Source of the DNA: an uncultured delta proteobacterium
GTDB lineage: Bacteria; Desulfobacterota; RBG-13-43-22
DNA length: 64,000 nucleotides
Reading direction: 5' to 3'
NCBI GenBank assembly: GCA_963711835.1
Contig: CAVQFQ010000004.1
Coordinates: forward strand, 431,607 to 495,606
Shown: positions 29,932 to 39,275 of the stretch, piece after piece
Numbering within the stretch: position 1 is the first letter of the stretch
Layout of the letters: every line of letters starts with the position of its first letter
Made by a program: the position numbers and the translations under genes
Notes under the pieces: model-generated
Databases searched by the model: none
What the model saw: the letters and a program-made list of their open reading frames with translations, nothing else
What the model was told of the DNA's origin: nothing

Positions 29932-30408
29932 ATGAAGATCGGCGTAATCTCCGATACCCACTTGGCCCGGGTCACCCCCTGGTTGGAACAGCTTATGGCG
30001 ACTTATTTTAAGGAGGTGGATCTGGTCCTTCATGCCGGGGATATGGTCGGATTGGAGGTCTATCAATTTCTAAAGGCCTGGAAGGTGGTGGCGGTCCAGG
30101 GGAATATGGATGGACCCTCTCTGCGGGAACTCCTTCCCCGAAAGAAGGTCCTCTCTCTGGGCGCTTTCCGAATCGGATTGATCCACGGCTGGGGTTCTGC
30201 CTGGGGATTGGAAGGCCGGCTTCGTCCTGAATTTTCCGGAGTTGATTGTCTGGTCTATGGCCATTCCCATACGGCCGCCAACCACCGGGAAGAAGGGCTT
30301 CTGTTTTTCAACCCGGGCTCCGCTGCCGAAGCCGGCCTGCGCAGCCGTTCCTCGGTGGGTCTTATGCACCTGAATGACCGCCTGACCGGAGAAATTATAC
30401 AACTTTAA
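29932..30408 (+). CDS. YfcE/MJ0936 family metallophosphoesterase
   Basis: ISDTH, HAGD, VQGNMD, IHG, YGHSH and FNPGS. Confidence 0.92.
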   Translation: MKIGVISDTHLARVTPWLEQLMATYFKEVDLVLHAGDMVGLEVYQFLKAWKVVAVQGNMDGPSLRELLPRKKVLSLGAFRIGLIHGWGSAWGLEGRLRPEFSGVDCLVYGHSHTAANHREEGLLFFNPGSAAEAGLRSRSSVGLMHLNDRLTGEIIQL

Positions 30409-30426
30409 GAGGAAAGCGAGAAGAGC

Positions 30427-30927
30427 ATGAAGGTCTTATGGGCCCCCTGGCGTATGGAATATATCTCCAATAATACTAAAGAAAACGGCTGTATCTTTTG
30501 CCCGGGACAGAAAGGGAGCTTAAGGGAAAGGCAGATCCTTTATCTGGGGAAACATTCCCTAGCCATGATGAACAAGTATCCTTACATCAACGGGCATCTC
30601 CTGGTGGCCCCTACCCGCCATGTCCCGGCTCTGGATCAACTGCGGCCGCCCGAGATCGTAGCGCTGATGAGCCTGGTCAACCATTCCCTTCATATCCTTA
30701 AGAAGGCCATGAAAGCCGAAGGGTTTAATGTGGGTCTGAATCTAGGAAAAGTGGCCGGGGCCGGGGTGGAAGAGCATCTTCATTTTCATATTGTTCCCCG
30801 CTGGAACGGCGATACCAATTTCATGACCGTTTTTGGAGACGTTCGGGTCATTCCCGAGCATCTGGAAGAGACCTACTCCCGATTATCCCGGCTGTTCAAA
30901 ATTGTGAAGGAGAACGATGATGCGTAA
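30427..30927 (+). CDS. HIT family hydrolase
   Basis: LWAPWRMEY, CIFC, NKYPYINGH and HLHFHIVPRW. Confidence 0.93.
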   Translation: MKVLWAPWRMEYISNNTKENGCIFCPGQKGSLRERQILYLGKHSLAMMNKYPYINGHLLVAPTRHVPALDQLRPPEIVALMSLVNHSLHILKKAMKAEGFNVGLNLGKVAGAGVEEHLHFHIVPRWNGDTNFMTVFGDVRVIPEHLEETYSRLSRLFKIVKENDDA

Positions 30928-31282
30928 TCTCAAACTATTCTTTTATGGTCTGCTCATCCTGCTCTTTATAATCTTTCTGCTCCAGAATTATTCCACCCTG
31001 ACCTCCAGCCATTCCCTGCGGCTGAATCTCGGCGTTTTGCTGCTTGAATCAGTGCCCCTGCCCTTCTACTTGGTCGTTGTCCTGACCTTTTTCTCCGGCC
31101 TTTTTTTAGCCGCCCTGATGGGCGTTTTTGATCGCCGCCGGCTGACCAAAGCGTTGAAAGAGGCCCGGAACCTCAACCTGGAGTTGGAAAAGAAACTGAA
31201 GTCCCAGACTCCTCCACGGGAAGCCCTACCTGCGAAATCGGATAGCCCCGGTTTGTCCGGGCGGGGAAAAGGGACGGGATGA
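30917..31282 (+). CDS. LapA/DUF1049 family small membrane protein
   Basis: TM-QN-loop-TM (PLPFYLVVVLTFFSG) followed by a basic coiled coil. Confidence 0.7.
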   Translation: MMRNLKLFFYGLLILLFIIFLLQNYSTLTSSHSLRLNLGVLLLESVPLPFYLVVVLTFFSGLFLAALMGVFDRRRLTKALKEARNLNLELEKKLKSQTPPREALPAKSDSPGLSGRGKGTG

Positions 31283-31426
31283 TTCTTCCCCTCTTCAGGA
31301 AGATCCTTCCTTTCAACACCAGGAACCCCTTGGATTCGAAACCCGCTTCCTATGTCTTTCAGCGTTGCGGAAGCCCTTCCGGCCCTCGGAAAAAGGCCCT
31401 GAAACGATAAAGGTCATTCCCCCGGT

Positions 31427-34048
31427 ATGTCGAAAATCACCCCGATGTTGGAGCAGTACCTGGAGATCAAAGAAAAATACCGGGATTTTATCCTTTTTTA
31501 CCAGTTGGGTGATTTCTTTGAAATGTTTTTTGAGGATGCCCTGCTGGCTTCCCGTCTCCTGGAAATTACCCTGACCTCCAGAAACAGAGGGGAAGCGGAC
31601 CGAGTTCCCATGTGCGGGGTGCCGGTGCAGGCCGCTTCCGGGTATGTGGCCCGGCTGGTTGAAAAGGGGTACAAGGTAGCCTTGTGCGAGCAGGTGGAGG
31701 ATCCCTCCCAGGCGAAAGGGATCGTGCGACGGGAAGTTACCCGGCTGGTTACCCCGGGCCTCTTTATCGACGAAGCCCAGGGTCAAACCAACCGCTACCT
31801 GGCCTGTCTCTCCTTCCGGGATAGCCTCTTCGGACTTGCCTCCCTGGATCTTTCCACCGGGACATTCCGGGTCACGGAATTAACTGAAATGGAGAAGGCC
31901 TTTGAAGAGGTGGGCCGCATCGCCCCTCCGGAGATCCTCCTTTCCAGGTCTGTTAAGGATGATCCCGCTGCCCAAGAATTCATGAATCGGCTTTCGCCGT
32001 ATTTCCTGACCTTCCAGGACGAGGGATCCTTCGATCTTGCCCGGGCCCAGGACCTTCTCGAAAAGCATTTCCAGGTCCATTCCCTGGCCGGGTTTGGGGC
32101 TGAGACCCTGACCGAGGGCATCCGGGCCGCCGGAGCCCTGCTTTTTTATTTGAGGGAAACCCAGCCAGGAGACTTAATCCATATTCAGCCGCTCCAGGTC
32201 TATCACCTGTCTCATTTTATGGTCTTGTCTGAAACAACCCAGCGGCATCTGGAGCTCTTCCAAACCTTGTACCGGGGGAAACGGCAAGGGTCCTTGATTT
32301 CCGTCCTGGATCTGACCCTGACCGCCATGGGCAGCCGGAGGTTGAAGCACTGGCTTCAATATCCCTTGCTGGAGCGGGAAGAGATTCAGGAACGGCTGGA
32401 TCGGGTGGAGGCTTTGGTGGACGACCCATCCCTGCGCCAGGATCTCCGGAGCCGCCTCAGGGGAATCTATGACATCGAACGATTGGTCGCCAAGGCCTGC
32501 CTGAACCAGGCCAATCCCCGGGATCTGGTGGCTTTAAAGAATTCTTTACAGCAGCTCCCGTGGGTCGCTCAGGCCCTTCAGAAAAGCCTCCATCCCCGAC
32601 TGCAGGAATTAGGTTCGGGACTGGATCTGCTCTCGGATGTGGCTCTTCTCATTTCCCAGGCCTTGCTGGATGAGCCTTCCCTGGTCCTGAAGGATAAGGA
32701 GGCCAGGGTAATCCGTCCCGGCTACCATACCGTCCTGGATAACTATTTAATGGCCGGTTCGGAAGGAAAACAATGGATTGCCGCCCTGGAAACAAAGGAG
32801 AAAAAAAGGACCGGCATCTCCTCTTTAAAAGTCGGCTATAACCGGGTCTTCGGTTATTATCTTGAAGTCTCCCGGGCCAACCTTCATCTGATACCCGATG
32901 ATTATCAAAGGAAGCAGACCCTGACCAACGGGGAACGGTTTTTGACGCCCGAGCTTAAGGAAAAAGAAATCCAGGTCCTGGAGGCCGAAGAAAAACGTTG
33001 GCAGATGGAGAGGCAGCTTTTTCAGGAGGTCCGGGAAAAGGTAGCTCAGGAAAGCAGCCGTTTGCAGAAGACGGCTCAAATCATAGCCGATCTGGATTGC
33101 CTCAGCGCCCTGGCTCAAGTCGCCCAGGAAAACCGCTATTGCAAACCGGTCCTCCGGGATGGAGAAACAATAGCGCTAACAGAAAGCCGCCATCCGGTAA
33201 TAGAAAAAAACCTTCCGGCCAACCGTTTCGTTCCCAATTCGATTGTCCTTACCAATGACGAAGAGCAGATGATCATTATTACCGGGCCTAATATGGCCGG
33301 AAAATCCACCTTCCTGCGCCAGGTGGCCCTGGCCGTTCTTTTGGCTCAAATAGGCTCTTTTGTTCCGGCCCAGGCAGCCGAACTGGGCTTGGTGGACCGG
33401 ATCTTTACCCGGGTGGGGGCCTCCGACGACCTGTCCTCAGGGCAAAGCACCTTCATGGTCGAGATGCAGGAGACGGCTCAAATCCTCCATCAGGCTACCA
33501 GCAGGAGCCTGGTCCTGCTCGATGAGATAGGACGGGGAACCAGCACCTTCGACGGCTTAAGTATCGCCTGGGCGGTGGCCGAATACCTCCATGACTTGAA
33601 AGGCCGGGGAGTCAAGACCCTCTTCGCCACCCACTATCACGAATTGACCGACTTGACCAGAACCAAAAAAAAGGTTAAGAATGTTCATGTGGCGGTCAAG
33701 GAGTTTAACCAGCAGATCATCTTTTTGCGCAAATTGCAGGAAGGGGGAACCAGCCGCAGTTATGGGATCCAGGTGGCCAAGCTGGCCGGCCTTCCAATGA
33801 CGGTTATCGAGAGGGCCCGGGAAGTTTTGGAAAATATCGAAAAAGGAGAGTTTGATTTTTTGGGGCAGCCGGCCCTGTCTCATTCCGCGGCCCCAAGACA
33901 GGGGGAATGGTCCGCTCAGATGGACCTTTTTTCGAAAGCCGAAGGTCCGGTCCAGGAACGGTTGAGAAACCTTTCCCTTGATGAAATGACTCCACTGCAG
34001 GCCTTGATAACTTTGAAAGAATTAAAAGATCTCCTTGAACATGGATAG
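31427..34048 (+). CDS. mutS: DNA mismatch repair protein MutS
   Basis: TPMLEQY, GDFFEMF, TGPNMAGKST, STFMVEM, DEIGRGTST, FATHYHEL and SYGIQVA. Confidence 0.98.
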   Translation: MSKITPMLEQYLEIKEKYRDFILFYQLGDFFEMFFEDALLASRLLEITLTSRNRGEADRVPMCGVPVQAASGYVARLVEKGYKVALCEQVEDPSQAKGIVRREVTRLVTPGLFIDEAQGQTNRYLACLSFRDSLFGLASLDLSTGTFRVTELTEMEKAFEEVGRIAPPEILLSRSVKDDPAAQEFMNRLSPYFLTFQDEGSFDLARAQDLLEKHFQVHSLAGFGAETLTEGIRAAGALLFYLRETQPGDLIHIQPLQVYHLSHFMVLSETTQRHLELFQTLYRGKRQGSLISVLDLTLTAMGSRRLKHWLQYPLLEREEIQERLDRVEALVDDPSLRQDLRSRLRGIYDIERLVAKACLNQANPRDLVALKNSLQQLPWVAQALQKSLHPRLQELGSGLDLLSDVALLISQALLDEPSLVLKDKEARVIRPGYHTVLDNYLMAGSEGKQWIAALETKEKKRTGISSLKVGYNRVFGYYLEVSRANLHLIPDDYQRKQTLTNGERFLTPELKEKEIQVLEAEEKRWQMERQLFQEVREKVAQESSRLQKTAQIIADLDCLSALAQVAQENRYCKPVLRDGETIALTESRHPVIEKNLPANRFVPNSIVLTNDEEQMIIITGPNMAGKSTFLRQVALAVLLAQIGSFVPAQAAELGLVDRIFTRVGASDDLSSGQSTFMVEMQETAQILHQATSRSLVLLDEIGRGTSTFDGLSIAWAVAEYLHDLKGRGVKTLFATHYHELTDLTRTKKKVKNVHVAVKEFNQQIIFLRKLQEGGTSRSYGIQVAKLAGLPMTVIERAREVLENIEKGEFDFLGQPALSHSAAPRQGEWSAQMDLFSKAEGPVQERLRNLSLDEMTPLQALITLKELKDLLEHG

Positions 34049-35825
34049 ATTGCATTATCAGCGACTACTTCCAATCCTCTGCGCAGGTCTGATAGGGATC
34101 CTTCTGGCCTTCGCTTCCTTTGGCCGGCCGGCCTGGTCCGCTCTGACCGACCAGGAATTGGAGGAACGCTACACCCAGGCCAGGCAGGCCTTTTCCGCTC
34201 TGGAGAAATCTCCCCAAAAAAAATTTCGCCACCACTGGCAGCCCCTGATCGATCAATTCCAGGAGATCTACAAGCAGTCTCCCCAGACCCCCTGGGGAGA
34301 AAGGTCCATGTTCATGGTCGGGCGGATTTATTACCGTCTTCATCAGTGGTCCGGCCTGGAATCCGATCTGGACCTGTCTCTGGACCATCTGACGCGGTTT
34401 GTGAACCATTATCCCCAGAGTTCCCTGGCCGATGACGCCCTTTTCATGAGCGCCGAAATAACCTTTCAGCAGAAAAAAAACCCCGAAAAGGCCCGCCAGT
34501 TACTTCAGTCGCTGATTACAACCTATCCTCAGGCAGATATGAGAAAAAAGGCCGAGGAGCTTTTGGCCCAGGTGGACAAGGGCACCTCCTTGAAAGAGAC
34601 CCCCAAATCCGTACCGTTGGAAAACCTTTACTTCGAGGAGACCAGTAAAGAAACTTCCGAGCCGGAGGCCGGTCCAAAATATCCCCAGATAACCGGCCTG
34701 CGGCATTGGTCCACCCCGCAGTATACCCGGGTGGCCGTTGATGTAGCGGAAAAAATCTCCTTTCGGCACCGATTGCTTAAAAAAGATCCAACCATTGAAA
34801 AACCCGAGAGGCTTTATCTGGACCTCTATCCGGCCCGGCTGGTCAAAGGACAGATTTCTCCCTTGACTATTGATGACGGTCTGCTTCGAGGCGCCAGGAT
34901 CGGCCAGTATGACGCCTCCACCGTCCGTCTGGTTTTGGATATAGAAAGCATTAAGGGCTACAAGATCTTTTTCCTGGAAAACCCCTTTCGCCTGATTGTG
35001 GATGTGACCGGGAAAGAGAAGGCGGCCGCCGTCCGCCCTCCGGACCCGACCGTCAAAGACCAGAAGTTGTCCCTGGCCCAGCAACTGGGCCTGGGCGTTC
35101 GGCGGGTGGTTATTGATCCGGGACACGGAGGCAAGGACAAGGGCGCCAGCGGCCATAACGGAAACCTGTATGAAAAAGATCTGGTCTTGAAGATCGCCAA
35201 AAAGCTGTCCCAGCGGCTGCACCAGGAACTCAAGCTGCAGACCTTTTTGACCCGGGATACGGACCGTTTCATCCCGCTGGAGGAAAGGACGGCCATTGCC
35301 AACACCAAGAATGCCGACCTCTTTGTCTCCATCCATGTCAATGCCAGTCCCAACCCCCTGGCCGAGGGCATAGAAACGTACTTCCTGAACCTGACCTCCG
35401 ATGAAGAATCCATCCGGGTAGCGGCTCTGGAAAACGCCACCTCCAACAAACGGATCGGGGAACTGCAAAAAATCCTCAAAGACCTGATGTTGAACACCAA
35501 GATCGACGAGTCTTGCCGTCTGGCCAACCACGTCCAGCAGAACCTGATCCTCTGTTTAAACGAAAAATTCGGGCCGGTGAAAAATCTGGGGGTCAAGCAG
35601 GCCCCTTTCTATGTCTTGATCGGTGCCCAGATGCCCGCGGTGCTGGTCGAAGCCTCCTTTATCTCCAATCCTAAGGAAAGCGAACGGCTGATGCAGGATG
35701 ACTATATTGAGCAGGTTGTCGATGGGATTATGAAAGGGCTCGATAGTTATATCAGGGAATCCAAGTCGGCCGGAATTAGGGAAAGTCCCGGATCCCGCAA
35801 GCCTCCTTTTCTTTCAAAAAAATAA
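34041..35825 (+). CDS. N-acetylmuramoyl-L-alanine amidase (TPR + AMIN + Amidase_3)
   Basis: Signal peptide, TPR-like region, AMIN (RLVLDI..PFRLIVDV), IDPGHGGKD, SIHVN, APFYVL and AVLVE. Confidence 0.93.
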   Translation: MDRLHYQRLLPILCAGLIGILLAFASFGRPAWSALTDQELEERYTQARQAFSALEKSPQKKFRHHWQPLIDQFQEIYKQSPQTPWGERSMFMVGRIYYRLHQWSGLESDLDLSLDHLTRFVNHYPQSSLADDALFMSAEITFQQKKNPEKARQLLQSLITTYPQADMRKKAEELLAQVDKGTSLKETPKSVPLENLYFEETSKETSEPEAGPKYPQITGLRHWSTPQYTRVAVDVAEKISFRHRLLKKDPTIEKPERLYLDLYPARLVKGQISPLTIDDGLLRGARIGQYDASTVRLVLDIESIKGYKIFFLENPFRLIVDVTGKEKAAAVRPPDPTVKDQKLSLAQQLGLGVRRVVIDPGHGGKDKGASGHNGNLYEKDLVLKIAKKLSQRLHQELKLQTFLTRDTDRFIPLEERTAIANTKNADLFVSIHVNASPNPLAEGIETYFLNLTSDEESIRVAALENATSNKRIGELQKILKDLMLNTKIDESCRLANHVQQNLILCLNEKFGPVKNLGVKQAPFYVLIGAQMPAVLVEASFISNPKESERLMQDDYIEQVVDGIMKGLDSYIRESKSAGIRESPGSRKPPFLSKK

Positions 35826-35846
35826 AAAACGGCCCTCAGGCAGGCC

Positions 35847-37781
35847 TTAATGTCTGGGGCAGAATTCGGTCGGCTCCGTGCCGCTGACATAGACCTCTTC
35901 CTTGGTGACCGGACAATTGGGGTTTGCCAGCAGGCCGCTCCTGGGATCAATCAGGGCCGTCACCACCCCTTCGGGGCGGGTAAAATCCATAATCGGTTTA
36001 TCCTCCAAGGCGGCTTTCATGAACCGCGCCCAGATAGGGGCGCAGATGGCCCCTCCGGTAAATCCCTTTCCGCCGGGCCTCGGCTTATCGTATCCCACCC
36101 AAACCCCGGTGATCAACTGAGGCGTATAGCCGATAAACCAGGTGTCCCGGTAATCGTCGGTGGTACCGGTCTTGCCGGCCGACGGTCGCTCCTGGGCAAA
36201 TTTGGAAATCCCTTTAGCAGTCCCGTAGATCAGGACATCCTTCAGCATCTGGGTCATGACATAGGCCGTGGCCGGGGGTATGGCCGGATTAACAACTGTT
36301 GGGTTTTCAGTCCAGATTTGCCGGGTGCGGTCGAAGAATCGCACCCAGGTCCTGGGTTCCGGACGCTGGCCCTGATTGGCCAGGGGCATATAAGCCGCTA
36401 CCAGCTCGCTCAGGGAAACCTCCTCGGTCCCTAAGGCCAAAGACAGGTCATTGGGAGAGCGAAAAGAGATCCCCATGAGGCCGGCGTAATTGAGAAAATA
36501 AGGGATACCCATTTCATCGAGCAATTTGACGGTAATGATGTTGTTGGAGTAGGCCAGGGCCTGACGGAGACTGACTTGCCCATAGTGTTTCCGTTCGTAA
36601 TTCAGGGGGGTCCATTTTTCACCGCCCCCTTTATTATAGGAAACCGGCGTGTCCTCTTTAATGGACCCGGCGGTAAAACCCAGGTCCAGGGCTGCGGCGT
36701 AAATCAAGGGCTTAATGGCCGAACCGGGCTGGCGTTTGGCATAAAAGGCCCGGTTGTAGGGACTTTGCTTAAAATCGACTCCTCCCACTACGGCCAAAAC
36801 ATCTCCGGTAGAGGGATCGAGGCAGATTAAGGCCCCCTGCAACCCGGAATTGATCCGGGATACGCCTTCCCGCAAGACCTGTTCGGCCAGTTTCTGAAGG
36901 CCCAGGTCGATAGGGATGGTGACTTCCAACCCCCCCTGCTCCAGGGCCTCCGGGCCGACAAGTTCCAACAGCTTGTTGCGGATATGCGCCAGATAATAGG
37001 GCGCTTCCCCCGGCCTGATCACCGAAACAGGGCTGGCCAGGCCTTTTTCTCCCCTCTGGGGAGGAATCATCTTCAACTCGACCATCCGGCGCAGGACCAG
37101 ATTTCTCCTCCCCAGGACCTGGGAAGATTTCCCGAAAGGATTATAGCGGGCCGGGGCCTTGGGAATGGCAGCCAGCAGGGCACATTCCGGCTCGCTCAAG
37201 TCCTCCGGATTTTTATCAAAGTACAGGTGGGCGGCCTGAGCGATCCCCCAGGCCCCATTACCGAAATAGACCTCATTGAAATACATTTCCAGGATCTGGC
37301 GTTTGGTGTACTTCCGTTCGTACTCCATGGCCAAGAAACCTTCTTTAACCTTCCGTTGCAGGGTCTTTTCACCGGAAAGATATTTGTTTTTGATCAGTTG
37401 CTGGGTGATCGTTGAACCGCCCTCGGCCATTTTCCCTTTAATCACATCCTTGACCAAGGCCCGGGCGATCCCCCTCAGATCAATGCCTTTATGGTCGAAA
37501 AAGCGGGCATCCTCAATGGCCACCAGGGCATTCTGAAGAAAAACCGGTATCCGTTCAATGGGAACCCAGTATCGTTTTTCCGGCAGGATCCGACCCACAA
37601 AACGGGCTTGGAGGTCGAAAACCTTGATCGAACTGTAGCGCGGAGGCAGGGCAGGAAAAGGGGCCGATTTTTCCTGGGCCCAGGAAGCCTCGGTTAGACC
37701 AAAAACCAGAGAGCAGGCCAAGACCCAGGTCAGAGCCCCACGGGTATAAGAAAATTTCATTTTTTGTTTCAGTTTTTTCAT
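35847..37781 (-). CDS. Class A penicillin-binding protein (PBP1A family)
   Basis: Transglycosylase EDARFFDHKG and GGSTITQQL; transpeptidase SAIK, SNN and KTG. Confidence 0.93.
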   Translation of the reverse strand: MKKLKQKMKFSYTRGALTWVLACSLVFGLTEASWAQEKSAPFPALPPRYSSIKVFDLQARFVGRILPEKRYWVPIERIPVFLQNALVAIEDARFFDHKGIDLRGIARALVKDVIKGKMAEGGSTITQQLIKNKYLSGEKTLQRKVKEGFLAMEYERKYTKRQILEMYFNEVYFGNGAWGIAQAAHLYFDKNPEDLSEPECALLAAIPKAPARYNPFGKSSQVLGRRNLVLRRMVELKMIPPQRGEKGLASPVSVIRPGEAPYYLAHIRNKLLELVGPEALEQGGLEVTIPIDLGLQKLAEQVLREGVSRINSGLQGALICLDPSTGDVLAVVGGVDFKQSPYNRAFYAKRQPGSAIKPLIYAAALDLGFTAGSIKEDTPVSYNKGGGEKWTPLNYERKHYGQVSLRQALAYSNNIITVKLLDEMGIPYFLNYAGLMGISFRSPNDLSLALGTEEVSLSELVAAYMPLANQGQRPEPRTWVRFFDRTRQIWTENPTVVNPAIPPATAYVMTQMLKDVLIYGTAKGISKFAQERPSAGKTGTTDDYRDTWFIGYTPQLITGVWVGYDKPRPGGKGFTGGAICAPIWARFMKAALEDKPIMDFTRPEGVVTALIDPRSGLLANPNCPVTKEEVYVSGTEPTEFCPRH

Positions 37782-37975
37782 ATCCTGTTCAACTTAATCT
37801 GCAAATTAAAACAGACCGTTTTAATTCAGAAAGACCCTTTATGGATCAATTTTTATACCACATCAAGACTCATTATATCCGATAGACGGACGGCTTCAAG
37901 GATTTTTTCCTCCTTTTCCTAACCCCCTAACTACGTAATGCAATATTTCAAAAAACCTTTTTAAGAGAAATCTCC

Positions 37976-38004
37976 TTGACAAAATTTAAAAAATGGATGA
38001 TAGT
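37976..38004 (+). promoter_or_regulatory. Probable sigma70 promoter of the tRNA pair
   Basis: TTGACA-17 bp-GATAGT in an AT-rich stretch 15 bp upstream of tRNA-Lys. Confidence 0.55.
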
Positions 38005-38019
38005 ACGATTTTTTAAAAT

Positions 38020-38095
38020 GGGCCGTTAACTCAGGAGGTAGAGTATCTGCCTTTTAAGCAGAGAGTCGCTGGTTCGAGTCCAGCACGGCCCACCA
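38020..38095 (+). tRNA. tRNA-Lys (anticodon TTT)
   Basis: GGGCCGT/ACGGCCC acceptor stem, anticodon arm TCTGC-CTTTTAA-GCAGA, GGTTCGAGTCC T-arm, CCA end. Confidence 0.96.
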
Positions 38096-38102
38096 CCCAT
38101 GT

Positions 38103-38180
38103 GTCCCCATCGTCTAGCCTGGCCCAGGACACCGGCCTTTCACGCCGGCAACACGGGTTCAAATCCCGTTGGGGACGCCA
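38103..38180 (+). tRNA. tRNA-Glu (anticodon TTC)
   Basis: GTCCCCA/TGGGGAC acceptor stem, CCGGC-CTTTCAC-GCCGG anticodon arm, GGTTCAAATCC, CCA end. Confidence 0.96.
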
Positions 38181-38194
38181 ATGAAATTCACCGG

Positions 38195-38221
38195 GTCAGC
38201 CGAATGGGCTGACTTTTTTTT
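38195..38221 (+). terminator. Rho-independent terminator after the tRNAs
   Basis: GTCAGCC-GAATG-GGCTGAC followed by T8. Confidence 0.85.
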
Positions 38222-38354
38222 ACACGATTCGGAAGTTTTACTATTTTCATACCCCGTTACTCATGATATAGAAACGCCAAGACCGCAGGGCCGGGCCGGA
38301 CACAGGCCGCCAAAAGAGGCGGCCTTTTTAAGAATAAATGGAATCATCCTTTTT

Positions 38355-39128
38355 ATGGGGTCTACCGCTGATATTTTTCCGAACCGCCTTTTCCCAAGAA
38401 ATGGAAGCCCCCTCTTGAGGCGGCTTTTTATTCGGCCCTCGCTTTTGCTTTTGGGCCTTCTTCTCTTTTTTCCAGGAATCGCCCAAACACAGACCGAACC
38501 TCTTAAGCAGCCTAAATCGACCAGACCCTGGAGTGTCCTGATCCATGCCCAATATTGCTGGCCTTACCAATATGTTTCCGAAATCCTCTATGAAAATTTT
38601 CGGATGACCGGTCTCGGCCTTTCCCTGGAAAAAGAATGCGGTCTCTGGCCTTTTTTCAACAATAAAAAGCTGGTCGAATCTCTGCTCTTTGAATTCCGGT
38701 TTTCCCGGATCTGGGGCAAAGACATTGAATTGGTCCGGGATCAGGTTTCCCCGGAAACCTGGGAAAAGGCGCAACGGGAAGGCCATCGTCCCCGGACAAA
38801 TTGGGACCAATATCAGATCGGCCTGACCCCTTATTACCGCCTCTATTATCCCCTGTCGGATCAGATACGCATCTATGGTGAGATCGGTTTGGGATTTACC
38901 TTCCTCACTGAACCGCTGATTGAGGAGGGCACCCAGTGGAATTTCCTCATGACCGGAGGATTGGGTTTAGATTGGAAGATAGAAAAAATCCCCCTTTATT
39001 CCTTTGTCCGCTTTGAACATTTCAGCAACGGCGGCAAGCTCTGGAGAGAAGGGTTTACCGATAAACGGGTGATCGGACCGGAGACGATCGTCTTCGGAGT
39101 TGGGATGCGCTTTCCTTTGAAATGGTAA
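38355..39128 (+). CDS. PagL-like lipid A deacylase / acyloxyacyl hydrolase beta-barrel
   Basis: Signal-peptide-like segment, YGEIGLG, TQWNF and the catalytic-type EHFSNGG (HxSN) motif; true start uncertain (38355 or 38415), and the ORF-track start overlaps the tRNA. Confidence 0.7.
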   Translation: MGSTADIFPNRLFPRNGSPLLRRLFIRPSLLLLGLLLFFPGIAQTQTEPLKQPKSTRPWSVLIHAQYCWPYQYVSEILYENFRMTGLGLSLEKECGLWPFFNNKKLVESLLFEFRFSRIWGKDIELVRDQVSPETWEKAQREGHRPRTNWDQYQIGLTPYYRLYYPLSDQIRIYGEIGLGFTFLTEPLIEEGTQWNFLMTGGLGLDWKIEKIPLYSFVRFEHFSNGGKLWREGFTDKRVIGPETIVFGVGMRFPLKW

Positions 39129-39133
39129 TTGAT

Positions 39134-39260
39134 AAATCCGAAGCACGAAACCCGAAACAAGCACGAATTTATAAAATCCAAATGTTCGAAACAAAAGGTT
39201 TTGAGTTTTGATATTTGGGCATTTGGATTTGTTTCGGATTTCGAATTTGAAACTTTAAAA
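39134..39260. repeat. Inverted array of degenerate 7-mer repeats between convergent genes
   Basis: AAATCCG-AAGCACG-AAACCCG-AAACAAG...AAATCCA-AATGTTC facing ...ATTTGTTT-CGGATTT-CGAATTT. Confidence 0.7.
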
Positions 39261-39275
39261 ATCAAAGATCTTGCG

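Noticed and set aside
34500-35531. Long antisense ORFs (also 12240-13202, 50367-51431, 5450-6145)
   Set aside because: Shadow frames of GC-rich genes with clear products on the other strand; no motifs.
38020-39128. tRNA pair as the attachment site of an integrated element
   Set aside because: No integrase in the window and no repeated tRNA 3' end noticed; a normal terminator follows.
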